A stretch of 32,000 nt of DNA from contig NZ_AP013028.1 in NCBI RefSeq assembly GCF_000829315.1, forward strand, positions 390,001-422,000. Direction: 5' to 3'. The first letter of the stretch is position 1. Every line of letters begins with the position of its first letter. Shown here in pieces: positions 8,880-17,657 of this stretch. This DNA comes from Wolbachia endosymbiont of Cimex lectularius. Lineage in GTDB: Bacteria; Pseudomonadota; Alphaproteobacteria; Rickettsiales; Anaplasmataceae. The translations under genes and the position numbers were made by a program. A model generated the notes under the pieces. It was not told the DNA's origin. It did no database searches and worked only from the letters and a program-made list of their open reading frames with translations.

Positions 8880-9078
8880 AAATTTACACAGCAGTAACTG
8901 CAATGAATATTGTGAATAAGTACGTTCACACAGACTTAAAGTACTTATTCACATATTCATTGGCTTAAGTAAAAATTGCTGTGGTAGCTGTCTGATATAA
9001 AATCTATTTCTATGACAAGCGGGTTTTTATTGCCCATATGACTGGGTAAAGTTGCAAAATCACACAAATAAAAAATTT

Positions 9079-9345
9079 TTAAAAAACATAATTGATATCT
9101 CTATGTCCTATCTCTGTGACAATTACTGTGCGTTCTGATTGATTTACTCTGTAAACCACACGATAGTTACCTACTCTTAACCTTCTACGCCCTTTTAAAC
9201 TATAATATAGTGGTTCACCAAGGTTTATTGGATCAACTGTAAGTAGTTCATTTATTGCCTTTACTATCCTTAACCTTATTGTTTTTGGAAGATTTTGGAG
9301 ATCTTTCCTAATAACTTTTCCTACGAAGATAATAGTGTATCCCAA
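9079..9345 (-). CDS. relE: RelE/ParE-family toxin (relE-1); its last codons and stop come from the IS110 end
   Basis: 88 aa, paralogous to relE-3 (..LTVDPI.LG.PL......RRLRVG.YR..YRV......V..IGHRD). After GHRDIN(Y) the sequence enters IS110 copy 1. The gene overlaps relB-1 by 25 nt. Confidence 0.7.
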   Translation of the reverse strand: MGYTIIFVGKVIRKDLQNLPKTIRLRIVKAINELLTVDPINLGEPLYYSLKGRRRLRVGNYRVVYRVNQSERTVIVTEIGHRDINYVF

Positions 9346-9551
9346 TCTATATCCTCACTTTTAATCATTTCTGCGCTTTCAACATCACGCTCATCGGAGA
9401 TTTTAGATACTAGAAAATCCTCTATTTCACGATCTATTGCTTCTCTAAATAGCCTTTCTGCTAGTTCTTGAGTAGGCTGCTTAGTAAGCTCAACCAGTTT
9501 AGCAAAGTGCTGTAGAGTTTCTCTACTGAAAGCTACATTAGCGTTTGCCAT
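9321..9551 (-). CDS. relB: RelB/ParD-like antitoxin (relB-1)
   Basis: 76 aa (MANANVAFSRETLQHFAKLVELTKQP...) located upstream of and overlapping the toxin gene. It has an acidic C-terminus and two paralogues in the window. Confidence 0.7.
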   Translation of the reverse strand: MANANVAFSRETLQHFAKLVELTKQPTQELAERLFREAIDREIEDFLVSKISDERDVESAEMIKSEDIDWDTLLSS

Positions 9552-9580
9552 AAGTTTTACCGAAGTCTATTACTATAATA

Positions 9581-9609
9581 ATTCTACAATATCTTTCTGA
9601 ATTTTTCAA
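9581..9609 (-). promoter_or_regulatory. putative relBE-1 promoter, TTGAAA-17-TAGAAT
   Basis: On the minus strand the -35 is at 9609-9604 and the -10 at 9586-9581. The same TTATTGAAAA..TGTATACT architecture precedes relB-2 and relB-3. Confidence 0.5.
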
Positions 9610-9699
9610 TAAAAAAAGTTGTTAATATATAGAACAACTATATGAAAATATATACTATAGTAACTTTTATTAGTGATACTCGTAACTGTGAAGTTAAAA

Positions 9700-12072
9700 T
9701 TAGCTATACCTCAAAACCCCTCCAGTATTTTCACGTACTAAGTTAACTATAGCACTTGATTCTTTTTGGATTTCCTCTTCGGTTAAAGTGTGAGTTGGAG
9801 AGCAGAAAGTAACTGATAATGCTATGGACATCTTGTTTGGTTCCATGCTATCTCCATGGTATACATCAAACACTAAAACCTCCGTGATGAGTTCTGAACT
9901 TTTTTTCACCATATTGATTATATTACCTGCTGCTACATCTTTATTTACAATAAACGCAAAGTCGCGTTTTACACTTTGATATTTATAATCGATAAATTTT
10001 TTTCTACTTACAGGTAAATTTCCGATATTTTCTAATATCAACTCAAAGCCTACAACTTTTTGCTTGATATCAAAAAAATCCAGTATGCTTGGATGTAGTT
10101 CCCCAAAATGACCAACTATTTTACTTCTAAAAGATAAGGTGCCTGATTTCCCTGGGTGGTAATATTCTTTTTCTGCTCTCTCTATCGTTAAATTATCACA
10201 ATTGACATTTAAGAATTCCAAAGCTGTTATAAGGTCAGCCTTTGCGTCAAAAACATCTATTTTCCTGTCAGTATTATAATGGTTTCTTGGCAAATTATTT
10301 CCTGACCTAATTCCACTTAAAACATATTTAGGCTGATTGAGACTATCGTACACTGGTCCAATTTCAAAAACTGCAAGGTCAGACGTTCCATGGGCAATAT
10401 TATCTGCGATGACTTGCAATAAATTTGGTATGATGCTTGGTCTCATTATATTGAAGTTGTTATTAAATGGATTATCGATGATAAACAACTTATCTGAGTA
10501 ACCAAACTTTTCAGCTGTTGATTCACTCATAAAAGACCAGGTGAATACTTCATGAAATCCTCTACTTGTCATTAAAATGCGCAAATCATCTTGAGCACTG
10601 GTTTCTGTCTCAATATTTCCTGTTAGTTGCTCTTCCTTTATTTTATCATAGCCATATATTCTCACTACCTCTTCAACTAGGTCAGCAGGTATGGCAACAT
10701 CTGGCCTCCAGCTTGGTACTTGTACACTCCAATTATTTTCAGTTTTCTTATCAATGCTGAACCCTAGTTTTGTTAAAATATCGAATGTCTCGTCAGGTGA
10801 TGCAGATACACTTCCAAACTTGTTTATGTCTTGATAATCGAAGTTCACTTTGGTGTCAGCCCTATCCAAACTGCCAGCAGACACCACACTTGAAGCTTCT
10901 CCACCACATAACTCTAAGATCATCTGAGTTGCAAGACTTAGTCCATCAAGGGTAAATCCAGGGTCAACTGAACGTGCAAATCTATAGCTTGAGTCTATGG
11001 AGATGCCGAGCTGCCTTGAAGATTTAGTAGTAGAGATAGGGTCAAACCAAGCAGACTCTAAAAAGATATCAGTAGTTTCAAGCGTACATTCGCTACACTT
11101 GCCACCTATAATTCCAGCAATTGCATGAATATTTTTATTATCAGAAATAACGCTTATGTCTTTGTTTAATAAGTATTCTTTATCGTTTAAACCAGTAAAT
11201 TTTTCTCCGCTATTTGCTTTGCGTACTACAAGCTCTCCCTCTATCTTTTTTGCATCATATGCGTGCATTGGGCGGCCAAAAGATATCATAATATAATTAG
11301 TAATATCAACTATTGCAGAAATACAGCGCATTCCTATCGACTCTAGCCTATCTTTTAGCCATTTTGGGCTCTCTTTATTTTTTACATTGGCAATGTATGT
11401 GCCACTAATAAAACTTTCTCCGTCAGTGACTTTGATATTTATAGGAGAATCCCTTTTTATCAAGGTAGCCAGTTGGATTCGAGTGTCACGCGCTGGAGTG
11501 ACACCAAAGCAAGTTAAAGCCTTTAGTGTCCCGATTCCGGTTGCTGCCAAATCGCGGGCTATTCCGTAAACGCCTAGGCAATCTCCACGGTTTGGAGTAA
11601 CGTTTATATCAATTACAGGATCACAATTGAAAAATTTATCTCCTACTTTATAATCATCAGAAAGCTCGATTATTCCTTCACTTTCTTCTTGTACCAGCGC
11701 GAGTTCAAAAGCAGAGCAGAGCATTCCTTCACTTAGCACTCCTCGTATTTTTACAGGCTTAATTGTAAAATCACTTTCTGGCAATGTGTTACCAAGAGAC
11801 GCGAGTACAGTTTTCATGCCTTCTCTGACGTTGTTTGCCCCGCAAACTATCTGCAGAACTTTACTTCCATCATCTACTTTACATAGTTTCAATTTATCAG
11901 CGTTTGGATGAGGTGCGACTTCTAATACTTTTGCAACAACAAATCCAGCCAACTTGGCATTGTCGATTACATCTTCTACTTCCAGTCCTATATGGGTTAA
12001 CTTATCGGTAATTTCTTCTAAACTAGCATTGGTTTCTAAGTGCTCTAGCAACCAAGATAATGTGAATTTCAT
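9700..12072 (-). CDS. pheT: phenylalanine--tRNA ligase beta subunit
   Basis: About 790 aa with the N-terminus [21 protein letters not shown] typical of PheT. B3/4 and B5 regions are recognisable. I prefer the ATG at 12072 over the TTG at 12090. Confidence 0.92.
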   Translation of the reverse strand: MKFTLSWLLEHLETNASLEEITDKLTHIGLEVEDVIDNAKLAGFVVAKVLEVAPHPNADKLKLCKVDDGSKVLQIVCGANNVREGMKTVLASLGNTLPESDFTIKPVKIRGVLSEGMLCSAFELALVQEESEGIIELSDDYKVGDKFFNCDPVIDINVTPNRGDCLGVYGIARDLAATGIGTLKALTCFGVTPARDTRIQLATLIKRDSPINIKVTDGESFISGTYIANVKNKESPKWLKDRLESIGMRCISAIVDITNYIMISFGRPMHAYDAKKIEGELVVRKANSGEKFTGLNDKEYLLNKDISVISDNKNIHAIAGIIGGKCSECTLETTDIFLESAWFDPISTTKSSRQLGISIDSSYRFARSVDPGFTLDGLSLATQMILELCGGEASSVVSAGSLDRADTKVNFDYQDINKFGSVSASPDETFDILTKLGFSIDKKTENNWSVQVPSWRPDVAIPADLVEEVVRIYGYDKIKEEQLTGNIETETSAQDDLRILMTSRGFHEVFTWSFMSESTAEKFGYSDKLFIIDNPFNNNFNIMRPSIIPNLLQVIADNIAHGTSDLAVFEIGPVYDSLNQPKYVLSGIRSGNNLPRNHYNTDRKIDVFDAKADLITALEFLNVNCDNLTIERAEKEYYHPGKSGTLSFRSKIVGHFGELHPSILDFFDIKQKVVGFELILENIGNLPVSRKKFIDYKYQSVKRDFAFIVNKDVAAGNIINMVKKSSELITEVLVFDVYHGDSMEPNKMSIALSVTFCSPTHTLTEEEIQKESSAIVNLVRENTGGVLRYS

Positions 12073-12184
12073 CGATCTAAAGAGAAACAAAAAAGCTATT
12101 GTAATATAAAATGTAGTGGTTTTAAAGTTTGTTGTAGTGGAATACTTCTACATCACGAGCAATGATGTAGAAACTGTTGTAATT

Positions 12185-12472
12185 TTATATATCCTTGCGT
12201 AGCGAATTTATCTTCCTCATATCACCTTTTAAATCCATCTCAATGTAGAGTTTAGTATTCATATTTTGGTCATCTATATGGAAGTTATAAATGTAAGTAT
12301 CAATAGTGAAGTTTCCTATCATCTGATGGCTTTCATCTAGTATTTCGCTTTCTATGTGGTAGTGGCCAGCGCCTTCGTTAAAGGAATGATTTGTCAATTT
12401 GATGTACCCGTTGCCTAATTCCTGTTCTAGGTTTAGAGGTTGATTAAAGTTGATAAAATCTATTTCATTCAT
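12185..12472 (-). CDS. hypothetical protein (95 aa)
   Basis: The ORF has an ATG start in an otherwise empty intergenic slot. I recognise no motif. Confidence 0.4.
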   Translation of the reverse strand: MNEIDFINFNQPLNLEQELGNGYIKLTNHSFNEGAGHYHIESEILDESHQMIGNFTIDTYIYNFHIDDQNMNTKLYIEMDLKGDMRKINSLRKDI

Positions 12473-12634
12473 GATATACCTCGCTAAAAAATCAAATTAT
12501 AATGAAGGTAACATGTGAAGTCAAGTTATTTAACAACTCTAACTATGGATTAGGCAATGAGTTTAGGTAATTTTAATGTAAATCTTTTAATTCTTGTTCT
12601 TTATCCTCTATAATTAGACTTTTTGAATGAAGAA

Positions 12635-13615
12635 ATGAAAATTCGTGTAGGGATTAACGGTCTTGGCAGAATAGGCAGAAGCGTATTGCGTGCTATTTTC
12701 GAAATAGAAAAATATAATAAGCAGATAGAAGTTGTGGCAGTGAATGGGTCACTCAGTGCTAAGCAGCATGCACATTTGATAAAGTATGATTCCGTTCATG
12801 GCAAATTCAATGGTGATGTTGATTATAACGAGTCTGAAAATTGGATTTCTATAAATGGCAGAAAATTTTCTCTATATAGAGAACGGAGCCATGAAAATAT
12901 CCCTTGGAATGTTGATGTAGTGCTTGAATGCACAGGTGCATTTAACAGATATGCGGAAGCAACAAGGCATAATGCGGCAAAAATAATTGTCTCTGCTCCA
13001 GTTTCAGATGCCGATGTAACTATAGTTTATGGTGCGAATAACGATATGCTCAAAAAAGAGCACAAAGTGATATCAGCTGGTTCTTGTACTACAAATTGTC
13101 TGGCTCCGGTTGTGCAGGTTTTACACTCCAACTTAGGTATAAAAAGCGGCTTCATGACTACTATACACGCCTATACGAATGATCAAAATATTCTCGACGG
13201 TAATCACAGGGACTTACGCAGGGCAAGGGCTTGTAGTTTATCTATGATACCAACAACAACTGGAGCAGCAAAAACAATTGGTTCTGTCATTCCTGAGTTA
13301 AAGGGAAAGCTAGATGGCACTGCCATCAGAGTTCCGGTTAGCAATGTTTCTCTGGTTGATTTTAAATTTACAACCGATAAGAGAGCAATAGCTGAAAAAA
13401 TAAATGAAATATTTGAGAATTCAACAAACGATGTGCTTTCCGTATGCAAGGAACCTTTAGTTTCAATAGACTTTGTTCATAACCCCTATAGTGCGATTGT
13501 AGATCTAGCCGGTACATACGTCACAGGTGATGTTTGTAGAGTTGCGGCGTGGTACGATAATGAATGGGCTTTTTCGCTAAGAATGTTAGACATAGCATTA
13601 TTGTGCTATATATAG
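12635..13615 (+). CDS. gap: glyceraldehyde-3-phosphate dehydrogenase
   Basis: Contains INGLGRIGR (NAD binding) and the SCTTNCLAP active site, plus WYDNEW near the C-terminus. I prefer the ATG at 12635. Confidence 0.92.
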   Translation: MKIRVGINGLGRIGRSVLRAIFEIEKYNKQIEVVAVNGSLSAKQHAHLIKYDSVHGKFNGDVDYNESENWISINGRKFSLYRERSHENIPWNVDVVLECTGAFNRYAEATRHNAAKIIVSAPVSDADVTIVYGANNDMLKKEHKVISAGSCTTNCLAPVVQVLHSNLGIKSGFMTTIHAYTNDQNILDGNHRDLRRARACSLSMIPTTTGAAKTIGSVIPELKGKLDGTAIRVPVSNVSLVDFKFTTDKRAIAEKINEIFENSTNDVLSVCKEPLVSIDFVHNPYSAIVDLAGTYVTGDVCRVAAWYDNEWAFSLRMLDIALLCYI

Positions 13616-13618
13616 AGT

Positions 13619-14386
13619 ATGAATAAGAACCCAAACAAATATGCTTCATTTTATGAGCACTTTGCAGAACTCAGGAGAAGGGTTATTTTTTGCTTTCTAT
13701 TTTTTTGCATTGCTTTTGGTTTTTGCTACTACTTTAAAGAAAGCATATACCGTTTTTTACTTGCACCTTTAATAGAAGTTACAAAAGATAGCGATGATTT
13801 TTCTCTAATCTATACAGACTTAACAGAGGCGTTTTTTGTATACCTCAGAGTTGCAGTAATGAGCGCGCTTTTGTTTTCTTTTCCCGTGTTTGCATGGCAA
13901 TTTTATATGTTTTTAGCACCTGGCTTATACAAAAGCGAAAGGGCAGTGCTGTTGCCATACTTGATTGCAACGCCAGTTTTGTTTATAACGGGAGCCGCGG
14001 TAGTTTATTACTACATATTTCCTTTAGCCTGGAAGTTTTTTATAGCTTTCGAACATAGCGGCAAATCTTTCGGTATACCAATAGAGTTTATGCCATCAGT
14101 CAGTGAATATTTAGACCTTGTTCTCCAATTCATGTTTGCGTTTGGTACTGCATTTCAAATTCCAGTCATACTCACGTTAATGGTCAGAGTTGGGCTGCTT
14201 ACCGCGCAAAGTTTGTCAAACAAACGCAGGATCGCGATAGTGGTAATTTTTATTATTGCTGCAATCTTAACTCCTCCTGATGTATTGAGCCAAGTAGGGC
14301 TTGCTGTACCAATGTTGATTCTATACGAATTGTCCATTTTAGTTTGCAGATATATTGAGAAGAAGAAAACAAAGAGTAATGCTTGA
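13619..14386 (+). CDS. tatC: twin-arginine translocase subunit TatC
   Basis: 255 aa, polytopic. The sequence HFAELRRRVIFCF..., the LAPGLYKSER loop and the PPD motif are typical of TatC. Confidence 0.9.
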   Translation: MNKNPNKYASFYEHFAELRRRVIFCFLFFCIAFGFCYYFKESIYRFLLAPLIEVTKDSDDFSLIYTDLTEAFFVYLRVAVMSALLFSFPVFAWQFYMFLAPGLYKSERAVLLPYLIATPVLFITGAAVVYYYIFPLAWKFFIAFEHSGKSFGIPIEFMPSVSEYLDLVLQFMFAFGTAFQIPVILTLMVRVGLLTAQSLSNKRRIAIVVIFIIAAILTPPDVLSQVGLAVPMLILYELSILVCRYIEKKKTKSNA

Positions 14387-14434
14387 CGTTTGCATAACCA
14401 TATAGTTTTTAACAGCGCACTAGGCATATTATCC

Positions 14435-14900
14435 AGAAACAAAAAACTGCTTGACAACCTTCACCAGTTCTATTATCATAAGGTTAGAGGTATTTAGTTA
14501 TCTTCATCTGTGCAGATTAAACGATAAGAGTATTAAGGTTGGCGTCTTATGTTTAATTTTTTGCACTATGTGCACCTTATGTCTTTATTAGTTTTACCTA
14601 GACTTCTAGGTTTTTCCTTACACAGCTGAAACGCGCTTATAAGTCGTTTAAGACAGTATAGAACGTCAAATAGACAAGGGAAAATTTGAATACTAGCTGC
14701 TCTAGGTTTCTTTTGCCTTTTTTTCCGCTCAGTAAAATTCTTAACGTTTACAGTTTTGGTTATTTGCATTTAAAAGTAGCTGAATCGTAGCGCTGAAAAT
14801 AAAAACGCCGATATTTGAGGTACATATAAATAATTAGCCACCGACCGGGGCTTCTTTTGCTTTTTTCTCACTTGGTAAATTTCTTAAATATTTATGACTA
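14435..14900 (+). repeat. ~470-bp non-coding repeat family, copy X1 (sense on + strand)
   Basis: It aligns by eye with the reverse complement of 21080-21565 and 27939-28415. This copy is more diverged and has an extra ~30-nt segment near 14590-14630. Confidence 0.75.
14451..14479 (+). promoter_or_regulatory. sigma70-like promoter inside X1, TTGACA-17-TATCAT
   Basis: The -35 is at 14451-14456 and the -10 at 14474-14479. The position is conserved in all three X copies. Confidence 0.5.
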
Positions 14901-14988
14901 AAGTAGCGTCCTGAGTCCCAGTGCCAGCTACTTGGATGACACCATAGACCTGTCATTCCAGCGCGTGACGCATAGCTGTACGAACATT
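14900..14988. repeat. WPE-like palindromic repeat
   Basis: GCTACTTGGATGACACC...CTGTCATTCCAGCGCGTGACGCATAGCTGTACGAACATT has the same 39-mer as 4421-4459. The GCTACTTGGATGA part recurs, inverted, at 21034-21046. Confidence 0.6.
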
Positions 14989-15090
14989 AATTATGGAAAA
15001 GAAAAAAGATACTATCTACGATAGATAAATATATCTGTAGACAATTAAATGTATTTTTATACAGCCCCTTCTCCTGATCCATTTTCTTTA

Positions 15091-15119
15091 TTGAAAAATT
15101 AAAAGAAATGTTGTATACT
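15091..15119 (+). promoter_or_regulatory. putative relBE-2 promoter, TTGAAA-17-TATACT
   Basis: The -35 is at 15091-15096 and the -10 at 15114-15119, about 30 nt upstream of relB-2. Confidence 0.5.
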
Positions 15120-15148
15120 AACTACAGTAATAGACTTCAGTAAAGCAT

Positions 15149-15370
15149 ATGGCAAACTCAGGGATTAACATAGCTCTTGATCGCAAAACTTCACACCACC
15201 TTGCTAGACTAGCTGAAGTTACCAAGGAGCCTATCCAAAAATTAGCAAAAAGGCTAATTGTAGAAGGAATAGAGTGTGAGATAGAGGAGATTGCATTAGC
15301 TGATATTGTTAAGGAATGTAAAGCTCCAGGCGCAGAAACAATTAAGTATGAAGACTTCGAACAGGAGTGA
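15149..15370 (+). CDS. relB: RelB/ParD-like antitoxin (relB-2)
   Basis: 73 aa (MANSGINIALDRKTSHHLARLAEVTKEP...), a paralogue of relB-1 and relB-3. Confidence 0.7.
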   Translation: MANSGINIALDRKTSHHLARLAEVTKEPIQKLAKRLIVEGIECEIEEIALADIVKECKAPGAETIKYEDFEQE

Positions 15371-15767
15371 AGTATTTACAAAATTGAGCTTTCAAAGAGG
15401 TATGCTAAAAAGGATTTTCCAGCTCTGCCAGAAGAAACAAAATCTGCTATTAAAAAGCTATAGAAGAGGAGCTCAAAGTTAAACCAACCAAAGTCGGTAA
15501 ACCATTACGTGGTAAATTACGAGGATATAGAAGACTAAAATTCGATAAATATCAACTGTGTTTTTTAAAAATTTTTTATTTGTGTGATTTTGCAACTTTA
15601 CCCAGTCATATGGGCAATAAAAACCCGCTTGTCATAGAAATAGATTTTATATCAGACAGCTACCACAGCAATTTTTACTTAAGCCAATGAATATGTGAAT
15701 AAGTACTTTAAGTCTGTGTGAACGTACTTATTCACAATATTCATTGCAGTTACTGCTGTGTAAATTT

Positions 15768-16714
15768 TTAAATGTTCAAATTAATTGCTTCTTTAAGTCT
15801 GGAATTGGCAATAACTATAATTTTACACATAAGTGCAGTAAGTGCTACCATTTTTCTTTTACCATTATCAACAAGCTTGCAATAAAAGGCGGCAAGCTCA
15901 GACTTGGAGTTCCTAGCAGCCATAGAGCTGTAAAAAGCTTTGAACGAACGTTACTTCTACCACCTGTAATCTTCCGGTAACCAATAGCTTTGCCACTTTC
16001 CTTGGGATGAGGTGCAACACCTGCAAGACTTGCAACTTGCTTTTTGTTTAAAGAACCAAGTTCTGGTATAAGGCATAATAAACATTGAGAGGTTTTTCTA
16101 CCAATTCCAGGAACTGTTTCAAGAATCTTTTGGCATCGTTGTAATTCAGGATTTTCATTGACTATTTTTTGTATAGCTTGGTCGAGATTTTTTACCTGAT
16201 TGTTAAGGAACTCAATAGTGTGTTGACAACTTTCCTTGATGTAATCATTTTCAGGAGTTTTTAGCCTATTTTTTTCTTGAACAAGCATTTTTGTGATATC
16301 GTCACGACGTTGACAGAGTGCGAACAAGGTGGTTTGCTCTTTTTAGATAGGTGTAAATAGCTGCAAATGTCTATAACGCTCAGAACCATATTGAGCAAGC
16401 GCTTTTGCATCCAGATTGTCAGTCTTTGCCAAAGTTCCATGAGATAGAATGAAGTTTTTAACTTGACGAGTATTAGCACGGTGTACAGCAATATTTCTGT
16501 CAATAAGAAAATACAATAAGCCAAGCTCATAACCTCCTGTAGCTTCCAAGATTACCATGGAATTAGGTAGGATATCTGAAAATTTCTGGTAGAATTGCTT
16601 CCAACCAGCACAATTATTGTCAAACTTGATGACACCTTTTTGTTCATTAACTGCAGTAACGAATTCAAGTTTTCCGATATCAATGCCAATAAAATTTTGA
16701 TAAGATGTAATCAT
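15768..16714 (-). pseudogene. IS110-family transposase, with the same stop and frameshift as copy 1
   Basis: ORF translations (123 aa + 160 aa) are identical to copy 1. The lesions are therefore shared. Confidence 0.8.
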
Positions 16715-16720
16715 AAAGAA

Positions 16721-16866
16721 CCTCGAGAGTTTAAGTTAAAATTTAAGATTGTAAACGGGTGCATATGTATGTCCCAAACAACTATTCAAACGTCTCGAAG
16801 GATAGGCTTGAGTACCTTGATATCTACATATGTGTAATACTACTTGTCTTACGGTCGCTCAAGCCT
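16721..16866 (-). ncRNA. candidate IS110 bridge RNA (copy 2)
   Basis: This is the mirror of 7781-7926 with identical sequence. Confidence 0.35.
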
Positions 16867-17089
16867 GTGATAACCACATTTTTATAGGTTATCTTCCTTC
16901 TTGCTTCTTTTATATCACATTTCCAACTTACAACCGTCTTATCTATCATGTGAATATTTCAAAACGCAAAGTACTTCTCGTTACAGCAGGACATAGAGAT
17001 AACATTTATAACCAGGCAGGATTGTTAGATTTACTACCAAAACTTTAAATATATTTTTATACACCACTTTCCCTGATCCATTTTCTTTA

Positions 17090-17117
17090 TTGAAAATTAA
17101 AAAAGATGCTGTATACT
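17090..17117 (+). promoter_or_regulatory. putative relBE-3 promoter, TTGAAA-16-TATACT
   Basis: The -35 is at 17090-17095 and the -10 at 17112-17117. Confidence 0.45.
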
Positions 17118-17146
17118 AATCATAGTAGTAGATTTTGGTAAAACCT

Positions 17147-17362
17147 GTGGCAAATGCTAACATAGCTTTCAGTAAAGAAACCTCACAACACTTTGCTAAA
17201 CTAGTTGAGCTCACTAAGCAGCCCGCTCAAGAACTAGCAGAAAGGCTATTCAAAAAAGCAATAGAGCGTGAAGAGGAAGATTTCTTATTATCTGTGGTTG
17301 CTAACGAGTACGATGTTGATGGTGTGGAAGAAATAGAAGATAGTGAAGAAATTTGGAAATAA
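17147..17362 (+). CDS. relB: RelB/ParD-like antitoxin (relB-3)
   Basis: (V)ANANIAFSKETSQHFAKLVELTKQPAQELAERLF is nearly the same as relB-1. I prefer the GTG at 17147 by alignment with relB-1; the ORF track starts at TTG 17135. Confidence 0.7.
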   Translation: MANANIAFSKETSQHFAKLVELTKQPAQELAERLFKKAIEREEEDFLLSVVANEYDVDGVEEIEDSEEIWK

Positions 17363-17657
17363 ACTATATACCATAAAACACCTTGAGCATGTTTGTAAGA
17401 AACATATACCAACCTTACCAGAAACTATAAAAAAAAGAATTAAAAAAGCAATAAGGGAGCGACTTACAGTTGATCCAATCAAACTTGGTAAACCATTACA
17501 TTACGGCTTTAAAGGACACAGAAGGTTAAGGGTTGGTACTTATCGTATCATATATCGCGTAAACATTGCAGAATATAAAGTGATTACTGTTGCAATAGGA
17601 CACAGAGACACCATTTACGAAGAGGCTCTGAAAATAATCAATAAATATTTTCAATAA
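17343..17657 (+). CDS. relE: RelE/ParE-family toxin (relE-3), the only uninterrupted copy
   Basis: 104 aa (...LTVDPIKLGKPLHYGFKGHRRLRVGTYRIIYRVNIAEYKVITVAIGHRDTIYEEA...). It overlaps relB-3 by 20 nt. Confidence 0.72.
   Translation: MKKFGNKLYTIKHLEHVCKKHIPTLPETIKKRIKKAIRERLTVDPIKLGKPLHYGFKGHRRLRVGTYRIIYRVNIAEYKVITVAIGHRDTIYEEALKIINKYFQ

Larger units (their letters stand above)
7707..9089 (+). mobile_element. IS110-family IS, copy 1 (about 1380 bp, no terminal inverted repeats)
   Basis: This block appears base-for-base identical, on every stretch I compared, to the reverse complement of 15558-16940. Identity breaks at 7706/7707 and 9088/9089. Under a 2-nt core model the IS proper is 7710-9089. 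Confidence 0.85.
15558..16940 (-). mobile_element. IS110-family IS, copy 2 (inverted relative to copy 1)
   Basis: It is the mirror image of 7707-9089; paired positions sum to 24647. It is flanked by CT at 15556-15557 and 16938-16939. Confidence 0.85.
15366..17048 (+). pseudogene. relE: RelE/ParE-family toxin gene (relE-2), split by IS110 copy 2 and frameshifted
   Basis: The N-terminal part spans 15366-15557 (..YKIELSKRYAKKDFPALPEETKSAIKK / AIEEELKVKPTKVGKPLRGKLRGYRRLKFDKYQL). The C-terminal part spans 16938-17048 (IYHVNISKRKVLLVTAGHRDNIYNQAGLLDLLPKL*). An A5 run at 15452-15456 causes a frameshift, and no clean start codon is present. Confidence 0.75.

Noticed and set aside
14566-14769. 67-aa ORF (minus strand) inside repeat X1, and the 85-aa ORF at 21330-21587 inside X2.
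   Set aside because: They are not conserved between repeat copies. The MQITKTVNVK.. frame has a TGA in X3, and the 85-aa ORF contains the predicted promoter within it and has no counterpart in X1. I treat them as non-coding repeat sequence.
7707-16940. The possibility that the segment between the inverted IS110 copies has already been inverted by recombination.
   Set aside because: Each IS is flanked by matching halves of a single relE gene. relE-2 rejoins in frame at the same alignment column. The current order is therefore the original insertion configuration.
16830-17048. 72-aa ORF listed in the track as a single gene.
   Set aside because: It is a chimera. Its first ~37 codons are the IS110 left-end non-coding sequence read in frame. 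Only the last ~35 codons (IYHVNISKRKVLLVTAGHRD...) are real coding sequence, namely the displaced C-terminus of relE-2.
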